Shown here: piece after piece, positions 59,901 to 64,000 of the stretch | Position numbering within the stretch: the first letter of the stretch is position 1 | How the letters are laid out: every line of letters begins with the position of its first letter | Assembly (NCBI GenBank): GCA_003552585.1 | Contig: PUNK01000035.1 | Coordinates: forward strand, 93 to 64,092 | DNA length: 64,000 nucleotides | Direction of reading: 5' to 3' | Source of the DNA: Thermoplasmata archaeon | GTDB lineage: Archaea; Thermoplasmatota; Thermoplasmata; Halarchaeoplasmatales; Halarchaeoplasmataceae | Notes under the pieces: generated by a model | Databases searched by the model: none | Told to the model about the DNA's origin: nothing | What the model saw: only the letters and a program-made list of their open reading frames with translations | Made by a program: the position numbers and the translations under genes

Positions 59901-59952
59901 CGGATTGAACACCGGTGATTCCGCCTCCGATTATTAGGACGTCTTTTTTCAT
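56950..59952 (-). CDS. hdrA: Heterodisulfide reductase subunit A, tandem two-flavin-module form (1000 aa)
   Basis: LDKTFPTNDC, QCVGSR..YCSRVCC, PKDIPDSVAQ, internal GVFVCHCG..ACSPRTH..NIRNMCSWVH, second GGGPAG module and C-terminal ferredoxin. Confidence 0.93.
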   Translation of the reverse strand: MKKDVLIIGGGITGVQSALDLAEKGYEVVIVDKSPSIGGNMVKLDKTFPTNDCSICISSPKMVEASRNENIDILTYSEVKEVLGSAGRFNVKIWKKTKYVDPDICTGCGDCADACPVQVPSEFEQEMSYRKAIYVEYPQSVPLTYTIDYDHCVGCCACERICDADAIDFLEKSREIEIEVGSIIVATGYEMMQPQEWRDEYGYTRYDNVYTALEFERLMSASGPTGGKPLKRSDGKEPESIAWIQCVGSRCKQKGMPYCSRVCCMYATKQASITKSEMSDVDTSIYYMDMRTYGKDFQQYYDKAKKKGVNYIRGRPSRIYEEPDGSLAIEFEDTEKGEVKTDHVDMVVLSSAIMPSSGNEELSKILDIELDENGFFQSKEDLTDAMDSSREGIYLAGCAQSPKDIPDSVAQGSGAAGRALEPLKGRERWKKKTEKTPEKDVSDQEPRIGVFVCHCGKNIANYLDVNSVSESVKDLPGVVYVNDSVFACSEDAQKLIKEAIDEHDLNRIVVSACSPRTHEQVFQQTLEEAGLNKYLFEMANIRNMCSWVHSDDNEKATKKAEILTKMAVAKARRLYALTESEIDVGNRTLVIGGGPAGMRTALSLSQTGQEVTLVEKEDRLGGKLNELDTLFPSEIDAEKFAKELIHQIDEEDIRVITSAKIEGIDGYIGNYEVTVNEEEIEVDTIVLATGFQEIDPKDFYSYGEDDRIMTQLELDRSLKKDELEEPKDIVFINCVGALEEERPWCCRVGCGNSLKNAKEIKRRYPDANVYILYKDMRVFGKKEEEYYMEVEGDEGVIFLRYSTENEPEIEVGERIGVKVHDNLLDEDLEIDADYLVLAMQLEGDSSVNDLKKMLKVASDPASFYMEAHAKLRPLEFPSEGVYLAGGAHYPKNVADTLAQAEGAASKALVPMMKGYSKSEGIISVVDDDLCSGCKMCISVCPYGAIEHDPEDEIAKITDVLCKGCGACASVCPIGAIDQKGYDNETINAMIQAALMEEEVM

Positions 59953-60206
59953 GGTAACCTACCACGGGAATTAGGTAATCTGTTTGGCGGGAATGTCAAG
60001 GGGTTAATAATACCTTTGGTAATATTTTGAAAATGCATGCCAACCAGATTGATGAATCATAGTGGTACGAGGTGGTATTTAAATGTTTTCTATTACCTTG
60101 TAAAATTATACATAATAGGTTGTTTAGTATCCATCATTTTTTAAAAAGTTATAAATATATGAGTGAGGATATCATGCATACTGAATAATAAAGTTGGCTG
60201 TTTAGT

Positions 60207-61013
60207 ATGTTTGATGGAATATTGATCGCTACGGATGATTCTCCTTCAATGAAAAGTGCGCTAGAGTACACCGCTAACATATTTCCTTCCTCAAATTACC
60301 ATCTGATAAATGTTATCAACACGAGCGATAGGAGCATACCTCAAACACCTCTGATGAGGAGTAAACTTGAAGAGATATCGAGAGAGACCATCGATCACGG
60401 CAAAAATATACTGTACTCTATGGGTATCTCGAAGGTAAACACAGCCATACCTGAAGGGGTCCCATCTAAGGAGATAATGAGATATGTTGAGGAACACGAT
60501 ATCGATCTTTTGGTTCTGGCCACTCATTCTAAAGTAGGCTCTCAGGAGATACACATAGGGGATACGGCTCTACATTCCCTTCAATTGACTCACATACCTT
60601 CGCTCATATTTTCCTGCCAATGCAAATCTAAGGTACCTAAATCGATATTCAATCCAACCACATTCAGCACATACTCCGTGGAAGCAACCTTTCTGGCGCT
60701 GGAGTTGGCTTCTTTCTTCGGTGCTGATCTTACCACGTATCACATAGGGAAAGCGGACCCTGGTGAGGAACTGGATGAGGTCAGGAGGATGGCAAAGGAT
60801 AAGAGCGTGGATTTCCGTGTAGTGGTGGATAGAGATGCAACCGATGAAAAGTTGGTGAAGGAGTCAAACAAGTACGACTTCATCGTTGGGAGCAGGGGAA
60901 GGGGAGGTTTACTGTACAAGTTCAGACATCTTATCCCTCAACTAGCGTTGAGTGACCTGGAAAAGGAATTGATAACCGGGAGCCCGATTCCGTTTCTGAT
61001 GGTTGGAGATTGA
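60207..61013 (+). CDS. Tandem universal stress protein
   Basis: ILIATDDS, GVPSKEI..DLLVLATH and second-domain DFIVGSRGRG. Confidence 0.85.
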   Translation: MFDGILIATDDSPSMKSALEYTANIFPSSNYHLINVINTSDRSIPQTPLMRSKLEEISRETIDHGKNILYSMGISKVNTAIPEGVPSKEIMRYVEEHDIDLLVLATHSKVGSQEIHIGDTALHSLQLTHIPSLIFSCQCKSKVPKSIFNPTTFSTYSVEATFLALELASFFGADLTTYHIGKADPGEELDEVRRMAKDKSVDFRVVVDRDATDEKLVKESNKYDFIVGSRGRGGLLYKFRHLIPQLALSDLEKELITGSPIPFLMVGD

Positions 61014-61122
61014 AGGGACGTGTTATTTTTTCTTGTAGGTAAGGTGGTGTAAAACGTGCATAAATAATTTAAATACCTAATCTTTTTACAACCACTACAA
61101 ATTTCTAAATTAGAGGATAAGG

Positions 61123-62133
61123 ATGTCATTGGAAAAAGCAGCGAAAACAGCAGTGAAAACGTGCATGGGTGTTAAGGACGGTGAGTATGTAGTGATAGTT
61201 TCGGACCGTTCTACCCTAAATATTGGAAAAGAACTTAGAAAAGCAGCTTTGGAATCTACTAATGGAGTTCGATTTTTCAATCTAGATATATATGGAGAAA
61301 GACCATTAGATTATTTCCCAGATACTATCAAAAAAGCAGCAACAGAAGCTGATGTTACTTTCTGGACCGCACATTCTTACGAAGGTGAATTGGAAACGAC
61401 TAGAAGACCCTTCATAGAAGCGGCGATGGTCGGAGGGAGGCATGCCCATATGGTGGGTATAACTGAACAGGTGATGAATGATGCGGTAGCTGTTGATTAT
61501 GATATCTTGGATGAATTTACCCATAAACTCGCTGCTAAATTAAAAGAAACTGGTGAAGTTAGAGTGACTAATCCCCAGGGAACCGATTTAAAGGCTAGAT
61601 TCAATGATAGATGGAAGTGGGTTCCATCTACGGGCATTTGTAAGTTACCAGGACATTGGCACAATCTTCCGGGTAGTGAAGTTTATACCGCCCCTTGGAG
61701 GATGGAAGGCACCATAGTGGTTGACGGTGTTTTAGGAGACTATTTCAGTAATATGTTTTCACATGCAGATTTTCAGGAAACACCTTTGACGGTTGAGGTA
61801 GAAAATAAAGAAAGACCACGCTGTGTAGATTTGAAATGTGAAAACGAGGATATTTTAGAGGAGGTAAAGAAATATCTTTCTCTGAACGAATGTTCCTCTT
61901 TAGTTGGTGAAATGGGTTTAGGGACGAATATTTTCTTGGACGAAATCACCGAAAATACGTTACAGGACGAGAAATTCCCAGGAGTCCACATTGCTTTTGG
62001 CGATCCTATGGGAAGTGAAACCGGGGCCGATTGGTCCTGTCCGGAGCATTTGGATATGATACTAACGAAATGTAACGTATGGTTGGATGACGAAAAGATA
62101 ATGGAAGAGGGAGATTACCTCATCGATTATTGA
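61123..62133 (+). CDS. M29 aminopeptidase (thermophilic metalloprotease)
   Basis: GTDL, NLPGSEVYTAP, GEMGLGTN, DEKFPGVHIAFG and HLD. Confidence 0.9.
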   Translation: MSLEKAAKTAVKTCMGVKDGEYVVIVSDRSTLNIGKELRKAALESTNGVRFFNLDIYGERPLDYFPDTIKKAATEADVTFWTAHSYEGELETTRRPFIEAAMVGGRHAHMVGITEQVMNDAVAVDYDILDEFTHKLAAKLKETGEVRVTNPQGTDLKARFNDRWKWVPSTGICKLPGHWHNLPGSEVYTAPWRMEGTIVVDGVLGDYFSNMFSHADFQETPLTVEVENKERPRCVDLKCENEDILEEVKKYLSLNECSSLVGEMGLGTNIFLDEITENTLQDEKFPGVHIAFGDPMGSETGADWSCPEHLDMILTKCNVWLDDEKIMEEGDYLIDY

Positions 62134-62520
62134 AGAGAGTTGGGAGAAGCTGGCTTATCGCACTCTCGATGGAGACCTTGGTGCTCTAGCACGTAAAGAT
62201 GATGAATTACGGCCCAGGATTCTGTTATCATCAAATCATCGTGTTTGCATTTGAGTACGATCGTACAAATTGTTCCTCATTCATAAGCTCGATTTTAACG
62301 AACAATCCCATCCGAACTAATAATCAAACTTTCCCTTTCTAAATCATCGACCGCAAATCATAACCAACATCTTTCAGATGAAGATCCTCCCGAGGTTCTC
62401 TCCTATCATCGTGGTTCTCTAGGAATCCACCTTTGACTCAAAATATATGGACATATGTATCGATGTTTGTTTGAAATGTTATGGAAACCATTATTTAGGG
62501 TATTTTAGTTATGATGTTCG

Positions 62521-62925
62521 ATGGAAAGTAAAGTTTTGATATACGGCCTTGCAGTGTGGTTTGTATTTTACGCGATAGCAATCGGTTTGAACCAAATCTT
62601 CGGGCACTTCCGCGATTGGGGTGCAGACGGAAGAACCACTTACTTGGTGTACATCTTATTTTTATTGGTGACTTTATTCGTCTTGACTTACCTTTTGATA
62701 AAAAAATCTAATATCTCTTTCTTACAGGAGGAGCTTATCGTCATCGGCGTCATGTGGTTTATCTTGACATTGGTCGTAAGTTTTCTATTCGGAGTGCCCT
62801 GGGGTGGAAGATACTGGCACAGATTTGTTTCTTTGCCACAGATATCACTAGGCGACGGTGCACTTATCCTACTACTAGCTCAATTGCTGGCACCTATAAC
62901 CACTAAATTCGTTGTTGATATTTAG
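62521..62925 (+). CDS. Hypothetical membrane protein
   Basis: Four hydrophobic helices, IGVMWFILTL. Confidence 0.65.
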   Translation: MESKVLIYGLAVWFVFYAIAIGLNQIFGHFRDWGADGRTTYLVYILFLLVTLFVLTYLLIKKSNISFLQEELIVIGVMWFILTLVVSFLFGVPWGGRYWHRFVSLPQISLGDGALILLLAQLLAPITTKFVVDI

Positions 62926-63065
62926 TATTTTTATAATGATCGAAGAGAAATGTTTTCCCTGCAGCAGCATAACCTAAAAGGGATCGTTCCGTCAGAGGAG
63001 ATCTTTTTTTCAAAAAAAGTTATTATATCAATCACATCTTAGGTTTAACGACCACTAGAAAGGTA

Positions 63066-63647
63066 ATGAATATGGACAAAGAAACCATAGTGATCGTTTC
63101 CGGCCTCCCTAGGAGCGGAACTTCTATGATGATGGAGATGCTTGAGAAGGGCGGATTGGAAGTTCTTACAGATAAAAAACGACAGCCGGACGAGGACAAT
63201 CCCAAAGGATATTACGAATTTGAGAGGGTTAAAAAGCTTCCTGATGATACGGGATGGCTTGAAAACGCCAAAGGGAAGGCTGTAAAGGTATTGGGAGAGC
63301 TTATCAAATATCTTCCAGATGATCATCGGTATAAGGTCGTCTTCATGGAGCGTGAACTCGACGAGGTCATCGAGTCGCAGGAAAAGATGCTCAAGCGAAA
63401 GGGGAAGGATGGAGATGATCTATCTAAAGAAGAGCTAAAACAGATACTCAAAGATTATAGGGTCATATTGAAAAGAAATATCAGATCACATCCTAACATG
63501 GATGTAATCTACCTTAGCTATAACGATATAATGAGTTATCCCGAAACAGTGCTGGAAAGCGTATCCGCTTTTTTGGGTGGCTCACTAGATGTGAAAAAGA
63601 TGCTCGCCGTAGTGGATGAGGAACTGTACCGGAATAGGGCACAGTGA
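63066..63647 (+). CDS. Sulfotransferase-family P-loop protein
   Basis: VSGLPRSGTSMMM PAPS-binding loop, NPKGYYE and FMER...E...SQ. Confidence 0.85.
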   Translation: MNMDKETIVIVSGLPRSGTSMMMEMLEKGGLEVLTDKKRQPDEDNPKGYYEFERVKKLPDDTGWLENAKGKAVKVLGELIKYLPDDHRYKVVFMERELDEVIESQEKMLKRKGKDGDDLSKEELKQILKDYRVILKRNIRSHPNMDVIYLSYNDIMSYPETVLESVSAFLGGSLDVKKMLAVVDEELYRNRAQ

Positions 63648-63924
63648 ATGATCTGCTTAAGCTACTATGATGTTCATCTTACTGTCGAGAGCGTCGCCGT
63701 ATATCAGCACATCTCCATTTCTGATTGGTCATGCGGGAATGCTGTAAAAATTCATCACAAACCCTGCTATCAGAACTATCTTATTTTTACGAGACGGAAC
63801 CACTATCTAAGCTATGTACGATTTGCCAGTAATTCCAAGCGAAATGATCACAAAATAACCGATGACACTTTATGCCGAAAACTAATTAAGAGAGCTTAAC
63901 TGTGTGTTAACTTAAGGTGAGAAT

Positions 63925-64000
63925 ATGAGCTATATCGGTGGAAGTACGGTAAGAAAGATTTTAGCAATCAACTTGACGTTGATGTTGGTTTTGACATTTG
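63925..64000 (+). CDS. Start of a probable secreted protein (truncated by window)
   Basis: AGGTGA RBS; MSYIGGSTVRKILAINLTLMLVLTL signal-peptide-like. Confidence 0.55.
   Translation, partial: MSYIGGSTVRKILAINLTLMLVLTF

Noticed and set aside
47665-59952. Evidence of methanogenesis or selenoproteins
   Set aside because: Hdr/Mvh occur widely in non-methanogens, no mcr/mtr here, and all relevant positions are Cys in uninterrupted ORFs
62213-62428. Possible DUF3883/nuclease pseudogene on the minus strand (EPREDLHLKDVGYDLRS...IELMNEE...QNP)
   Set aside because: Resemblance is weak and broken by many stops; needs BLASTX
63648-63899. 83-aa ORF after the sulfotransferase with a YLSY-like echo of its C-terminus
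   Set aside because: Composition unlike the acidic proteome; similarity too short to call a duplication
1-64000. CRISPR arrays, transposases and inteins
   Set aside because: No regularly spaced direct repeats, transposase ORFs or intein signatures seen by eye

Overview
Gene-dense archaeal chromosomal window. A Thermoplasmatota origin is inferred from the 23S rRNA with no linked 5S, the giant AglB fusion and the ipk-fni-gds cluster without mvk; the strongly acidic proteins suggest a halophile. It contains the 23S rRNA 3' end, trpS, a 2232-aa AglB/STT3 with a long beta-sandwich arm plus an abutting CARDB-like gene, glycosylation genes, a Na+-pumping oxaloacetate decarboxylase operon (oadA-G-B-cupin-birA), a PINA ATPase, a zinc-ribbon/coiled-coil plus 1326-aa pure coiled-coil gene pair, isoprenoid genes, fibrillarin, an intron-containing tRNA-Glu followed by an interrupted copy of its own 3' end, several surface proteins, a degenerate FtsZ paralogue and a type IV pilus-like ATPase/platform module. 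The main candidate system is a tightly coupled 12-gene, 12.3-kb operon joining tandem HdrA, MvhDGA, HdrCB, a soluble fumarate-reductase-type flavoprotein/Fe-S pair and a four-subunit 2-oxoacid:ferredoxin oxidoreductase. No CRISPR array, integrase or transposase was seen. All product calls come from motifs recognised by eye; no searches were run.
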